Shown: one piece after another, positions 17,104 to 26,614 of the stretch
How the letters are laid out: each line of letters opens with the position of its first letter
How positions within the stretch are numbered: position 1 is the stretch's first letter
Virus record (IMG/VR): IMGVR_UViG_3300027749_000364
Location: 1 to 30,627 of that record
Reading direction: 5' to 3' (one strand)
DNA: 30,627 bases
From: a virus
Lineage: Duplodnaviria > Caudoviricetes
Position numbers and translations under genes: made by a program
Notes under the pieces: generated by a model
The model's database searches: none
Told to the model about the DNA's origin: nothing
What the model saw: the letters and a program-made list of their open reading frames with translations, nothing else

Positions 17104-18960
17104 TTAGAATGATACTACTCTGCCTCTTATATCTTGTTGAGGATATTTCGCCTCGAATATAGAAGGATCTAAAGAAGGATAGATTACGTTGTTTAAGGTT
17201 GCCGATTTAATATCGTACGAGTACTCTGAATAACCATTTGCTACTCCGTACTTATTGGATATTAAAACGCTTTTAACTGTTTGAACTCCATCAACTTGAT
17301 CCAACATAGAATATACGTTAGATAAAATTATTGGTTGATTAATTTGCCAATTATCAGTGTTAAAATAATCTTGTAAAGTCATTAAGCATCTCGCTATAAC
17401 GTCTTCGCTAGTGTAATTAGGTCTTACTATGATATCAAAGTCGCATCCAATATTAATGATATAGGCAGTCTTAATATGAATAGCGTCGGTTAACATTCTA
17501 TAATCAGAAATATAATTCTGTAAGTTTGTCATTAAAGCTGTAGAAGGTTCTGCCAATTGACCTGCAGTATTTAGTCCTAGTACGTACATACTAACTAATA
17601 CTTGATCTTTTTGGCTAGGATCTGCGCTTAAATAATTTGTAAAAGTTGCATCGTCTTTAGTAACATACACCTTAGCGATCTTACCAAATTTAGAAGGCAT
17701 ACTTAAACATCTTGCCAAGTAATCCTCTTGTGTAACTGCTCTTAATTGACTTGAGAACTCTGCTTGGATATTTAATTTTAATTCGTCATTAGTGTCTCCA
17801 TCTCCACCACCTGAAGCAGGATTAACGTTACTAACTGCAATGGTATTTTCAAAAGAAGGATCCGTTGTACTAACTGTCTTACTAACAATATAAGTTAATT
17901 GATTAGATAAAACGTTAGAAGCCGCTCCTCCACCAGTTATGTAAGTAATTTTTAAAGTAGTATTTTGAGGAGCCAATCCGTAGGTTTGTGTTGTAACAAA
18001 ATTAGTAGGATCGAAAGCAGTATTCAATAGAGTTAAACCGCTAGTTAAGCCAACGCCAACCGTATTTGGATTTGGAATTACGCTAGTATCTGAAACTTGA
18101 TTGATGCCCGCTCCAAATTCTAAATTTAAAGATCCATCAGTTTGAACTCTTGTCGTAAATCTTCTTGGAACATTTAGCTTCTGAATCATGTAAGGCACTT
18201 GATTGCCTGTTTGATAAAAATCAGGATAGTTTGCAGCTGTATTTTCTACTGGATTAAGAATGTAATCTTGGGCCAAATAAGGAACTTCGTACCATAAATT
18301 ACCGTTTGAATCTTCTACTTTTAAAATAGTAATGATATTAGAATCTTGTAAATTTACGGTTACAAATCTTTGAGCAGAGCCAAAAGTAAAATTTTGAGTT
18401 TTAACTTGACCTGATATTGCTTGTGTTGATTTCTTTAATAGGAAGCTTGTTGGAACTCCGTAAGAATCCACTGTATAAGTAGTTATTGTTGTAGGATCTA
18501 AAGAAGAAGACATTGTAAAATCTACTTTATTAGGAACGTAGAAGAATATAGAATTATTCACATTCGATCTAACTTGCATTCCAGCACTTATTGTAGAAGC
18601 ATATACAAAATCAGGAACGATATCTCCAGATAAGTTAATAGAAGGAATTTGTTGGTATACATCTAAATCAACTATTGCAGCAGAAGTAGTTTTTGGTCTG
18701 TATCCCAACATGTAGGCCAAAGAGTATAGGTTGCCTTTTTGTTTTGCATATTGTAAGAAGGTCTCTTGTAATTGATTGTCTAAATAGAAAGATAGTACAT
18801 CTCCTACGTAAGAAGCCATTTCAATAAACATAGAACCAGGAGAAGCCTGACTAAAGTCATTGTACACAGTTGGATAGTAAGATTTTGCATACTCTATCAA
18901 GTCCGATTTGAAGGAACTAAAATCTTTGTTTAAATATTTTACATCAGTACTGTTTGGCAT
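17104..18960 (-). CDS. baseplate wedge protein (T4 gp6 / P2 gpJ-like)
   Basis: KDFSSFKSDLIEYAK...MFIEMASYVGDVLSFYLD..QETFL..A...LAYMLGYRPK; LEFGAG; ITYITGGG..SNV; ASGGGDGDT; RAVTQEDY. Confidence 0.9.
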   Translation of the reverse strand: MPNSTDVKYLNKDFSSFKSDLIEYAKSYYPTVYNDFSQASPGSMFIEMASYVGDVLSFYLDNQLQETFLQYAKQKGNLYSLAYMLGYRPKTTSAAIVDLDVYQQIPSINLSGDIVPDFVYASTISAGMQVRSNVNNSIFFYVPNKVDFTMSSSLDPTTITTYTVDSYGVPTSFLLKKSTQAISGQVKTQNFTFGSAQRFVTVNLQDSNIITILKVEDSNGNLWYEVPYLAQDYILNPVENTAANYPDFYQTGNQVPYMIQKLNVPRRFTTRVQTDGSLNLEFGAGINQVSDTSVIPNPNTVGVGLTSGLTLLNTAFDPTNFVTTQTYGLAPQNTTLKITYITGGGAASNVLSNQLTYIVSKTVSTTDPSFENTIAVSNVNPASGGGDGDTNDELKLNIQAEFSSQLRAVTQEDYLARCLSMPSKFGKIAKVYVTKDDATFTNYLSADPSQKDQVLVSMYVLGLNTAGQLAEPSTALMTNLQNYISDYRMLTDAIHIKTAYIINIGCDFDIIVRPNYTSEDVIARCLMTLQDYFNTDNWQINQPIILSNVYSMLDQVDGVQTVKSVLISNKYGVANGYSEYSYDIKSATLNNVIYPSLDPSIFEAKYPQQDIRGRVVSF

Positions 18961-18962
18961 CT

Positions 18963-19376
18963 TTACATGTTTTGTATTGTCAATAACACATCGTCGTTTT
19001 CCCTAGTGTTTTTTATGTTATAACTAAATTTTATGTTTATAGAATTTGTATCTGGTTGGCCTATAACGTCCAATTTGGTAATATTAATAGCAGTAAAAGC
19101 GCTTTCTAATTGAGTCATTAAAGAGGTTTTAATGTCTTCTGCAGTAGAACTCTCTATCTGTTCGAACACTTTAGATCTTAGACCGGCTCCAAAGGTAGGA
19201 TTAAATGGTCTTTCTCTAGGATCTGTCAAAAGAAAGTTAATTATATTGTATTTTAACTGCTCTTTTGTTGTATATACAGATTGAAAAACAGAAGGAGTTT
19301 CAAACGGTATTTTTACGCCTATTCCAGTAGAAGGCTTTAAATCAAGGGGCGATATGTTCTTAATGTTATATGCCAT
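18963..19376 (-). CDS. baseplate wedge protein (T4 gp25 / gpW-like)
   Basis: QLKYNIINFLLTDPRERPFNPTFGAGLRSKVFE signature; adjacent to the gp6-like gene. Confidence 0.9.
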   Translation of the reverse strand: MAYNIKNISPLDLKPSTGIGVKIPFETPSVFQSVYTTKEQLKYNIINFLLTDPRERPFNPTFGAGLRSKVFEQIESSTAEDIKTSLMTQLESAFTAINITKLDVIGQPDTNSINIKFSYNIKNTRENDDVLLTIQNM

Positions 19377-19849
19377 TAGATTTGTCCTTTAGCCAACATT
19401 TTATTCATTAACGCTGAAAAGTCAGGCACTTCGTTTATCTGTACCATGCTTGGATCCGAGCTTGGTCTTGCGGTTGCTAACATTCCGTTAACGTCTCCAA
19501 CTGCAACTTGCTTTGGTTGGAAAAGCTCCATTGGATCTGCCATTCCCATGCCTTCCATTAAGTTGTCAGTGCTATAAGAAACAAATTCGTCGTCTCCTTC
19601 TGCCATTCCAACAGCGGTCTCGTTTAATAGACTCGCCAAAGGATTGTTTGACGTAAAGTTTGGTTTAGGTTTAACAGGTTGTGTGTTTAGAGTCAATGGG
19701 ACAGCTTTTTTAGCCTGTATTGATTCTTTTATAACCGGCTTTACTAAGTTAGAGGATGCGATCTCCTTTATAATGGAGGGCATTTCTTGACGGATGGCTT
19801 TAACCACCTCTTCTCTTATCAATTTTCTAAGTAAATCTACTTTTGCCAT
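19376..19849 (-). CDS. hypothetical protein (157 aa)
   Basis: ORF preceded by an ATATTTAT motif and TAATG-coupled to the gp25-like gene; N-terminal KLIREEV helix. Confidence 0.75.
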   Translation of the reverse strand: MAKVDLLRKLIREEVVKAIRQEMPSIIKEIASSNLVKPVIKESIQAKKAVPLTLNTQPVKPKPNFTSNNPLASLLNETAVGMAEGDDEFVSYSTDNLMEGMGMADPMELFQPKQVAVGDVNGMLATARPSSDPSMVQINEVPDFSALMNKMLAKGQI

Positions 19850-19854
19850 ATCTT

Positions 19855-19862
19855 ATAAATAT
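19855..19862 (-). promoter_or_regulatory. putative late promoter motif ATATTTAT
   Basis: Intergenic, only 5 nt upstream of the 19849 ATG. Confidence 0.6.
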
Positions 19863-19883
19863 TGGTTTTTTAATATTGCTTTT

Positions 19884-22800
19884 TTAATCAGGTTGTCTTG
19901 TTCCTGCTTTTAGTTCGTCTATCTCTTTTTGTAATTTATCTAATTCGGTTTCTGCTTCTTTTATTTTCTTTCTTCTGTCTACTATAACAGGTACTCCTAA
20001 TGGACCAAGTAATATTGCGGCGGCAACTTCTTTTTTCCATCCTTGAACCTGTTCTTTTATTGGACTCATCTTATTTTCTCTAGTTTTAACAGAAGCGTCT
20101 ATAGCTAATTTCTTTTGGAATTTACTAGTTCTAGAACCACTTGGATCTGATTCTTTAAGATTTTGAGACAGTTGAGTTTGCGCTCCTGCCATGGCTCTTC
20201 TCATTCGTCTTCTTAATCTTCTGCCCCCTTTAATGCTATTAATAAATCCGTTAAGACCTAGTCCATTAGCGCCTCCACCCTCTTCGGTATCTGAATCTTC
20301 GCTTTCTGGATCGTCTAAGCCGTCGTTAAAATCTATAAATTCTACACCGTCTATTGATATGTCATCTTCCATTAAAAAGTTCATTGATTCTTCCATAACG
20401 GCAATATCTGCGGGTCTAAATCCTGAAAATCCAATGTTAGTTTGACTAGGATTATTTATTTTATCCGCGGCTAAAGTGCCTTGTGATTGTAAATTATCCT
20501 GTAAAGAAAGATCTAATCCGCTAGCACCAAAATTATCTCCTGAATTTAAAACTCCCCCTATTCCTGAATCTATTCCTCCAACTCCTGTTCCTCCCAAGGC
20601 TCCTGCTAATCCTCCATTAAGTCCGTTACTTGCTGCGCTTGATCCTTTGCCTAAATCAGAATAAGCATTTCCGCTATAATTTAAAGGGCTTTGTGCATTA
20701 GATAAAGAATTGCTACCAACTCCATTCACTGAAGTTCCATCTGGATTTAAAGTACCTTTTGCAGAATCATTAAGATTTCCAAGACCAGTAAGAGCTGGAT
20801 CGTTGCCACCAATTCCATTATTCATTAGATCAGCTTTTTGGCTGTATCCCAAAGAATTAGCATTTACTAATCCGCTTGATAATAGTTTTGCTTTTACTTC
20901 GTTTATTATTATTCTATCGTCAGAAGCATAAGTTGGGTCAGATTGTAATGCCATGACGCCTTTAGCATCAATAGCTATACCGAATCTTCTTCTTATGTTT
21001 AATTCAGAATTAGTAACTTCTTCTGTAAGAATTTCTATTGTATAAGGACCGAATGTATTGTTCTTTGCATTCTTTTTATTAAAGTAATTAGTAAGGAATG
21101 CTAACAATTCGTCAGCTCTAAATTGCAATGCGTCTCTAACGTCTTTAAAATCTTGAATTAGTTTAGGATCTACGTAAGCTCCATTTCCTCTTCCTGAATT
21201 AGGATCATTTTCAACACCTACTTTTACTACTCCAAATCCATTTCCATTACCGTCTAAGTTTAAATTATTCGCGCTAGTAGCTACGTTGTTAGTAGTTTCA
21301 TTTCCGGTTCCTCTTTTATTTTGCAATCCACTAGCATTTCCTGAATTATTAAGAACACCTCCACCTTGACCGTTTCCAGTACCAATTCCATTAGCTCCAG
21401 AACCTCCACCTCTAGGTAAATTAGTAACATTTCCAGCATTGGCTGTTTGATCCAATCCATAAGCATTCAGATCTGCTTGTAATACGCTAGGATTTTCTAG
21501 TATCTGATTAGTATTGCTATCCGCATTGCACGCTTCTAAGTTATATATTATTACAGTTAACTTATTAATTAATTCGTATAATTTTGAAACTAAACTATTT
21601 AAGAATCTAATTATAACTCCTAAAAATTCATTTATTTGTTTTAATCTATTTAAGAACGTTAAGAATCCTAACTCTTTAATAGTTGATTGAACAACATCTG
21701 ATGAGATATTTGTTATACCCACCGTAGCAAACATTGTAGGAATAGGAAGACCTAGGAAAAATTTTCTTAGTATCCAGAATATCTTTACTAAAAGTAAGAA
21801 TAACTTAATTAGCATACTTCCAAAAGAAATAAATCTAAGTATCGGAGATATTATGTTTACTATAGTTTGACATAATTTAATAAGTCCATTACATAGAGGA
21901 ATTAAAAACTTTGGTTCTATTAATTTTGATATTGCTTTAACTGCGTCACCAATTGCTCCATCTAAAAATCTATCCGCTAAATTTATGGCGCCTCCAACGC
22001 TAGAAAGATTTTGAACACTTATACAAACTGTTCTTATATCGTCTATTGTTTTAATTGCCTTTTGAACGTCTTCATTTGGAAAATTTCTAATATCTGTGTA
22101 TCTATTGAATATAGAAAAAGCATTTGTTAAATAGTTATTTATTATATTCAACTCAGGAAATGCTGCTAATATTTCCGGATCAGTTAAAGATACGTCCGTG
22201 ATATTGCTTCTAAAATCTAAAGAATCTCTAGTCTTTTTTTCTTCTTCTGTAAGATTTTTATTAGGATCTAAAACGTCGTTCTCAATGCTTACTTCTGGAG
22301 GCAATGGCTCTTCTACAGACTGTCCCAGTAATTCTTTTAGTACATTGTTTATTCTTCTTACTAATTGAAATACTGCATTTTTACTTTTAGAAGATTTAGC
22401 GTCTCCGTAAGTTGCATAGTAGTCGTCTATAAATGTTTGAACTTGAAAAGCTTTGTATTTTATCTGCCACACTCTAAGAGCTAATACGTCTGTAGTTTGT
22501 GGAGGTTTTGTTGGATCAAATTTATCTGTTGCTGGAATTTGATTTAATGCATATTGTATTATATTACATAAATCAACTGAAGCAATAAAATCCAATACGC
22601 CAAATAAACCCTTGTCCAAAGCGTCTTGAATAGATGCTCCAAATCCCTCTTCTCCGCTTCCTCCTGCCGCTTGTTTTTCAAAAGTTCCGTAACAGATATC
22701 GTCTATCTTAGTTTGTATTCTAGTAATTGTTTTAGCTGCAAGTATAATTCCTTTTTCTATACCAGGTTCTGCAGTATTTTCATCTATGTTTAATATTGCA

Positions 22801-22970
22801 TTTCCGCCTTTGGATAATGCGTTAGTATTGTCTCTAGAGACTGCTAATTGGCCAATTTTTTTCTGATTTTCAGCAGTAAGACGGCCATAGGCACTCGCAG
22901 GTTCAATATTAGTAACCGCTTTTGTGGCAGGAAATGTCTGTGGAGCTGATGGAAGTGTTGGCGACGGCAT
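19884..22970 (-). CDS. large hypothetical tail-module protein with hydrophobic helices and Gly/Asn-rich inserts (1028 aa)
   Basis: Long ORF coupled to the spike gene, with hydrophobic segment IISPILRFISFGSMLIKLFLLLVKIFWIL, G/N-rich low-complexity tracts, and an acidic then Arg-rich patch. Confidence 0.75.
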   Translation of the reverse strand: MPSPTLPSAPQTFPATKAVTNIEPASAYGRLTAENQKKIGQLAVSRDNTNALSKGGNAILNIDENTAEPGIEKGIILAAKTITRIQTKIDDICYGTFEKQAAGGSGEEGFGASIQDALDKGLFGVLDFIASVDLCNIIQYALNQIPATDKFDPTKPPQTTDVLALRVWQIKYKAFQVQTFIDDYYATYGDAKSSKSKNAVFQLVRRINNVLKELLGQSVEEPLPPEVSIENDVLDPNKNLTEEEKKTRDSLDFRSNITDVSLTDPEILAAFPELNIINNYLTNAFSIFNRYTDIRNFPNEDVQKAIKTIDDIRTVCISVQNLSSVGGAINLADRFLDGAIGDAVKAISKLIEPKFLIPLCNGLIKLCQTIVNIISPILRFISFGSMLIKLFLLLVKIFWILRKFFLGLPIPTMFATVGITNISSDVVQSTIKELGFLTFLNRLKQINEFLGVIIRFLNSLVSKLYELINKLTVIIYNLEACNADSNTNQILENPSVLQADLNAYGLDQTANAGNVTNLPRGGGSGANGIGTGNGQGGGVLNNSGNASGLQNKRGTGNETTNNVATSANNLNLDGNGNGFGVVKVGVENDPNSGRGNGAYVDPKLIQDFKDVRDALQFRADELLAFLTNYFNKKNAKNNTFGPYTIEILTEEVTNSELNIRRRFGIAIDAKGVMALQSDPTYASDDRIIINEVKAKLLSSGLVNANSLGYSQKADLMNNGIGGNDPALTGLGNLNDSAKGTLNPDGTSVNGVGSNSLSNAQSPLNYSGNAYSDLGKGSSAASNGLNGGLAGALGGTGVGGIDSGIGGVLNSGDNFGASGLDLSLQDNLQSQGTLAADKINNPSQTNIGFSGFRPADIAVMEESMNFLMEDDISIDGVEFIDFNDGLDDPESEDSDTEEGGGANGLGLNGFINSIKGGRRLRRRMRRAMAGAQTQLSQNLKESDPSGSRTSKFQKKLAIDASVKTRENKMSPIKEQVQGWKKEVAAAILLGPLGVPVIVDRRKKIKEAETELDKLQKEIDELKAGTRQPD

Positions 22971-23431
22971 TACTTGGTGAATGTAGTTTTTGAAAGATTG
23001 AATGCATTATTAGGATCGCCTTGATTTGTAACTTCGTTGTTAACAGCTGTCGCAGATTTTTCTAGTAAGTCTCCTACAGACGACAACGCCTGCATAGATG
23101 CTGGTAAGTTACTATGAGAAACACGACCTAATTGTTTTCCAACTTCCATAAGAGCTTCAGAAAGTCTTGTTAGTATTTGATTTGTTTTGTATCCTAGCAT
23201 AACTGGTTCTAATCCGCTAGTAGAACCTGGCATATTAGGATGACCTAATATAATTCTTGGAGAATCTATTGAAACTGCTCCAAATGCGTCCAAATGAATT
23301 TCACCAATGGAAGACAGTCCTATATTTTGTTTTCCAAATATAAACACTGCGTCTTCTTTAGAATGAATTACCACTCTACCACTTGTGATTATAATTTGAT
23401 TACCTTTATATGGAAATTTAGGTGTATACAT
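22970..23431 (-). CDS. baseplate central spike, C-terminal beta-helix-like part (gp5/gpV-like)
   Basis: QIIITSGRVVIHSKEDAVFIFGKQNIGLSSIGEIHLDA..VSIDSPRIILG...EPVMLG, short beta-strand repeats typical of spike needles. Confidence 0.55.
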   Translation of the reverse strand: MYTPKFPYKGNQIIITSGRVVIHSKEDAVFIFGKQNIGLSSIGEIHLDAFGAVSIDSPRIILGHPNMPGSTSGLEPVMLGYKTNQILTRLSEALMEVGKQLGRVSHSNLPASMQALSSVGDLLEKSATAVNNEVTNQGDPNNAFNLSKTTFTK

Positions 23432-24375
23432 TATGCCCAGTTATTTGCGTCTTGAGTTGCTGCTGATACTGCATCGTTAGTAGTAGGCATCAATTCTATT
23501 TCTAATATATTTTGATTTTGAGGATCTATTCCTCTACCATAAGAAGCAAACGGAAAGTTAGATATGTCTTCCAAAACCACTTCTTGACCGGCTGTTAAAT
23601 AGATAGAAGATTTGTCAGAGTTAATATCTTCAACTGTAGTAGAAAAAGAATCCGCATCGAATGGAATGCCTTGTCCGTTTCTTATTATTGTTATTGGATC
23701 TCCTGAATTACCTACGTCTGACCAATGGTTTAAACTTCTCATACCTTTTACGGTGCTTCCAAATCTTATTGATTGTCCAAATCTAGATTCTAATATAATA
23801 TCGCCTTCGAATGGTCTTAAGGTTCTGATATCGTCCCTTTCAATAAAAGTATTTCCCAATGGAAGTCTTAAATTTTTAGATTGAGTCTTACCATTAAATC
23901 CTGGTTTTGAAGAATACTTAGAAACATACTTAGCATATTCTTCCAAGTTTGGAAAAGCATTGTGATTAGCGGCATTCCACAAAGCATAAGGAGGAAAATA
24001 AAACATTGACTTAGAATTAAAGTCGTCGTTTAATCCAGTAGAAGGTCCACTTAAAATTAATACAATTTCTCCAGCTAATGGATATTGTTTTATAAAGCTA
24101 AATATTGGGAAAGCCGGTTCAGATACTGCTTTTAATTTAGACTGCGATAGATTAGAATACATTATTTCGTATCTTATCTTACCCACATCTTTCCAACTAG
24201 TGAAGTCTGTATCAGGAATTAAAGTCTCTTTAACATTTGGTAAACCATCAGGTCCTTCGGTTACTTGCAAAGATCTAATATAAGGGCCTAAAACTATAGA
24301 TTTAACCCTTGCTACTAAGAAGTATTGACCGAACTTGCCGCTCTTGTCGGCTTTAAATTGTTGCCCCCAAGCCAT
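23431..24375 (-). CDS. baseplate central spike, N-terminal OB-fold part (gp5/gpV-like)
   Basis: ARVKSI...VGKIRY...QYPLAGEIVLI (OB-fold 'P..GE.V.i') and PFEGDIILESRFGQSIRFGS. Confidence 0.6.
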   Translation of the reverse strand: MAWGQQFKADKSGKFGQYFLVARVKSIVLGPYIRSLQVTEGPDGLPNVKETLIPDTDFTSWKDVGKIRYEIMYSNLSQSKLKAVSEPAFPIFSFIKQYPLAGEIVLILSGPSTGLNDDFNSKSMFYFPPYALWNAANHNAFPNLEEYAKYVSKYSSKPGFNGKTQSKNLRLPLGNTFIERDDIRTLRPFEGDIILESRFGQSIRFGSTVKGMRSLNHWSDVGNSGDPITIIRNGQGIPFDADSFSTTVEDINSDKSSIYLTAGQEVVLEDISNFPFASYGRGIDPQNQNILEIELMPTTNDAVSAATQDANNWA

Positions 24376-24725
24376 TATGCTTTAGCTATTTGTTTTTGAG
24401 ATATTGAAGTAACGTCGCTCATTAACTGTTCGATGTCTTTCTCTGTTAAAAGACCTCCGTCTTCAACGGACTTGTCCTTGGCTTCTGCAGATTTTTGGAA
24501 TGCACTAAGAATTTTCATTAAAACTTCGTCGTTCTTAAGACTAGAATCCAATAAACCCTTGATCATAGGCACCAAAACGATAGCATCACCGATCCCTTCA
24601 ATCATATCTGCCAAACGTAATATCTCTGATTTTATCGTTGAGTCCTGAGACTTGTGCTTGTTGTATACCTCTTCCACCAATTGCGCCAAAGTCTTGCCAG
24701 GGAAGATTTCTTTTTCAAGTTCCAT
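24375..24725 (-). CDS. hypothetical helical protein (about 116 aa)
   Basis: Preferred start is ATG at 24725 (MELEKEIFPGK), 12 nt downstream of an ATATTTAT motif, rather than the track's 24755 start that overlaps the sigma gene. Confidence 0.7.
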   Translation of the reverse strand: MELEKEIFPGKTLAQLVEEVYNKHKSQDSTIKSEILRLADMIEGIGDAIVLVPMIKGLLDSSLKNDEVLMKILSAFQKSAEAKDKSVEDGGLLTEKDIEQLMSDVTSISQKQIAKA

Positions 24726-24737
24726 ACTAATTTTTAA

Positions 24738-24745
24738 ATAAATAT
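24738..24745 (-). promoter_or_regulatory. putative late promoter motif ATATTTAT at the head of the structural module
   Basis: Overlaps the last base of the sigma-gene stop codon; 12 nt upstream of the 24725 ATG. Confidence 0.6.
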
Positions 24746-25503
24746 CACTGGTCAACGTTTTCTATGTGATGATCCAGGACCTCTTTGTATGCCACCTTTA
24801 GCTTCTTGATCACCTTAGTAATTGTATTGGACTGACAGTCCGTGATCTCTTTTATGTATATGAATAGAGCTTTCTTATTGAATATATCTATGTTTTCTCT
24901 CTTTTTGAATACCTCTAGTATGGCATCTGCTACCTTCATTTCGCTCTCCTTCTCAAACATGGCGGCCAAATTAGTGTCTACAACATTTATGAATTGATTG
25001 ATAACAGAGTTCCTATTTACATCCTCTGTCTCAGTTCCTATGACCAAACTTTCGTGTGTTTTCTCAGAATTATCTACCTCAGAAACTTGCATTTTAGAAA
25101 CCATCTTCTTGTAGTTCTTCTGATTGTAGATAATCAAATATCTTTTTGCAATCGTACCAAAATAAGAGTAGGCTTTACCTTTTGACTGATCGTAAAGGTG
25201 CAACTTCTGTAATAAGAAAGAGATAACTTCGTACTTAAGATCTTCAATATTATCTACCTCTGTGTAATAAAACTTAAATGTATGGATAATATTCTCTGCT
25301 AACTTATAGAAAGCATAGTGAATTTCTTTATTATATATCTGATTTGCTACCGCTTGATTGGGAGCCATACGATATCGTAGAATGGCCTCTTCAGTTTCAG
25401 AAGTAAAGTAGACATTCTTAGTTTTTGGTTTTCTTATTCTTGGAGTACCTTTTATGGTAAGACCCATATCCGGTTCAGGTTCGACCATTAATTCTTCTGG
25501 CAT
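24745..25503 (-). CDS. phage sigma factor (T4 gp55-like, sigma70 region 2)
   Basis: NVYFT...AFYKLAENII...EDLKYEVISFLLQKLHLYDQSKGKAYSYFGTIAKRYLI matches region 2 'fD..kg.afsYft.ia'. Confidence 0.75.
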   Translation of the reverse strand: MPEELMVEPEPDMGLTIKGTPRIRKPKTKNVYFTSETEEAILRYRMAPNQAVANQIYNKEIHYAFYKLAENIIHTFKFYYTEVDNIEDLKYEVISFLLQKLHLYDQSKGKAYSYFGTIAKRYLIIYNQKNYKKMVSKMQVSEVDNSEKTHESLVIGTETEDVNRNSVINQFINVVDTNLAAMFEKESEMKVADAILEVFKKRENIDIFNKKALFIYIKEITDCQSNTITKVIKKLKVAYKEVLDHHIENVDQ

Positions 25504-25506
25504 AAT

Positions 25507-25782
25507 TTATTTTCTCCCCGTAAATTGTTGAACTCGTAATTGAATTGCTTTGATGTTTTCAAAAAGCTGTAATAGCTCAGGGTCAGATTGTACCCACATT
25601 GTCATATCTATTTTATTTACTAGACCGTTGAAATCGTCCAATAAAGATAGGGTATCGTTTACAAAACCGCTTTGATTGATCACTATCTCTTCAAGGCGTT
25701 TGTTTTTTCTATAAAGATTATATACTACTGCCCCTAAAATTGTAGCTGTCCATAAGATTATGGCTATTGTTGATGTTAACAT
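25507..25782 (-). CDS. small membrane-anchored protein (91 aa)
   Basis: N-terminal hydrophobic helix IAIILWTATILGAVVYNLY followed by RKNKR and a helical region. Confidence 0.7.
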   Translation of the reverse strand: MLTSTIAIILWTATILGAVVYNLYRKNKRLEEIVINQSGFVNDTLSLLDDFNGLVNKIDMTMWVQSDPELLQLFENIKAIQLRVQQFTGRK

Positions 25783-25786
25783 GATA

Positions 25787-26419
25787 TTAAATTTGTGTTT
25801 CTACTCTCGAAGCCATTAAATCGGCTTGATGTAGTATGTAAGGTAAATTAGATTTTATTTCAGAGTCAGCGCTATAAGTAATGTAATAAGACTTATTGGC
25901 TTCTTCGTAAAGGCCATCGTGTAACTTAATTGCCAAGAACTCATTTTCACTAACGCTAATGTTTGCTTGCTGTAAATAGAATAAACTACGATCAGCAATT
26001 CTCATGTGAGTAATACGGTTATTGTATTTAAAGTGTGCTCCTTGCTTTTCTACGTGCCAAGAAGAATCATTAGGAATATAGAAAGGCTCTTCATTAGTGC
26101 CCAACTTACCAAGGTCATGATTAATTGCAGAGAATACTAGTTCTTCAATGGAGTAATCTTTCTTCTGACCAAAGCGCTCCCACACTTTATCCATAACTAA
26201 AGAGGCTTCAACTACTCTATTAATGTGCTCAACGTATCCGCCTGGAAAACAGTTGTGATGCGATAATTTAGTAGACGCTGGACTAATTGCTAGGGTAACT
26301 TCTCTGCCCTTATAGAATTCCAGTAAAGAATCCTTTCTATCAGAGGTAATGTACTTATCAATATATCCATAAAACTTTTGTAAGTTCTCTAGGATCTGTT
26401 CTTCTGTTAATTTCTTCAT
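25787..26419 (-). CDS. HD-domain metal-dependent phosphohydrolase (YhaM-like HD domain)
   Basis: PAS..HHN.FPGG..EH, HDLGK, IKLHDG and LHQAD motifs. Confidence 0.85.
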   Translation of the reverse strand: MKKLTEEQILENLQKFYGYIDKYITSDRKDSLLEFYKGREVTLAISPASTKLSHHNCFPGGYVEHINRVVEASLVMDKVWERFGQKKDYSIEELVFSAINHDLGKLGTNEEPFYIPNDSSWHVEKQGAHFKYNNRITHMRIADRSLFYLQQANISVSENEFLAIKLHDGLYEEANKSYYITYSADSEIKSNLPYILHQADLMASRVETQI

Positions 26420-26433
26420 AACTTTTATTTTAA

Positions 26434-26610
26434 TTAAGATTCTTGTTCAGTATTGATTAAGTGCTGGATCTCGTCAATCTTAGCTCTCATCATATCTAAA
26501 GTGTTTTTTAATTCTAGCGCAGGTCTCAATTGAGAAATGGCCGTGTTTTGATAAGCGAGCATCATAATCAACTCGTTTAATTTTTTGGTAACTAATTCTT
26601 TGTATCTCAT
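26434..26610 (-). CDS. small helical hypothetical protein (58 aa)
   Basis: Absent from the ORF track. Hand translation MRYKELVTKKLNELIMMLAYQNTAISQLRPALELKNTLDMMRAKIDEIQHLINTEQES fills the gap between neighbouring genes. Confidence 0.7.
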   Translation of the reverse strand: MRYKELVTKKLNELIMMLAYQNTAISQLRPALELKNTLDMMRAKIDEIQHLINTEQES

Positions 26611-26614
26611 ATTG

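Noticed and set aside
24726-24755. Track's N-terminal extension MTSDIYLKIS of the 24375 ORF
   Set aside because: It overlaps the sigma gene end and spans the promoter motif; ATG at 24725 is more plausible.
3365-25185. Other short nested or antisense ORFs in the track (e.g. 3365-3586, 5962-6234, 6062-6259, 6521-6727, 10826-11077, 13084-13296, 20191-20931, 21281-21466, 23612-23884, 24433-24648, 24994-25185)
   Set aside because: They lie fully inside longer genes and have no motifs of their own.
25507-25782. Holin or spanin call for the small membrane protein
   Set aside because: There is no adjacent endolysin or lipoprotein partner in the window, and one TM helix alone is insufficient.
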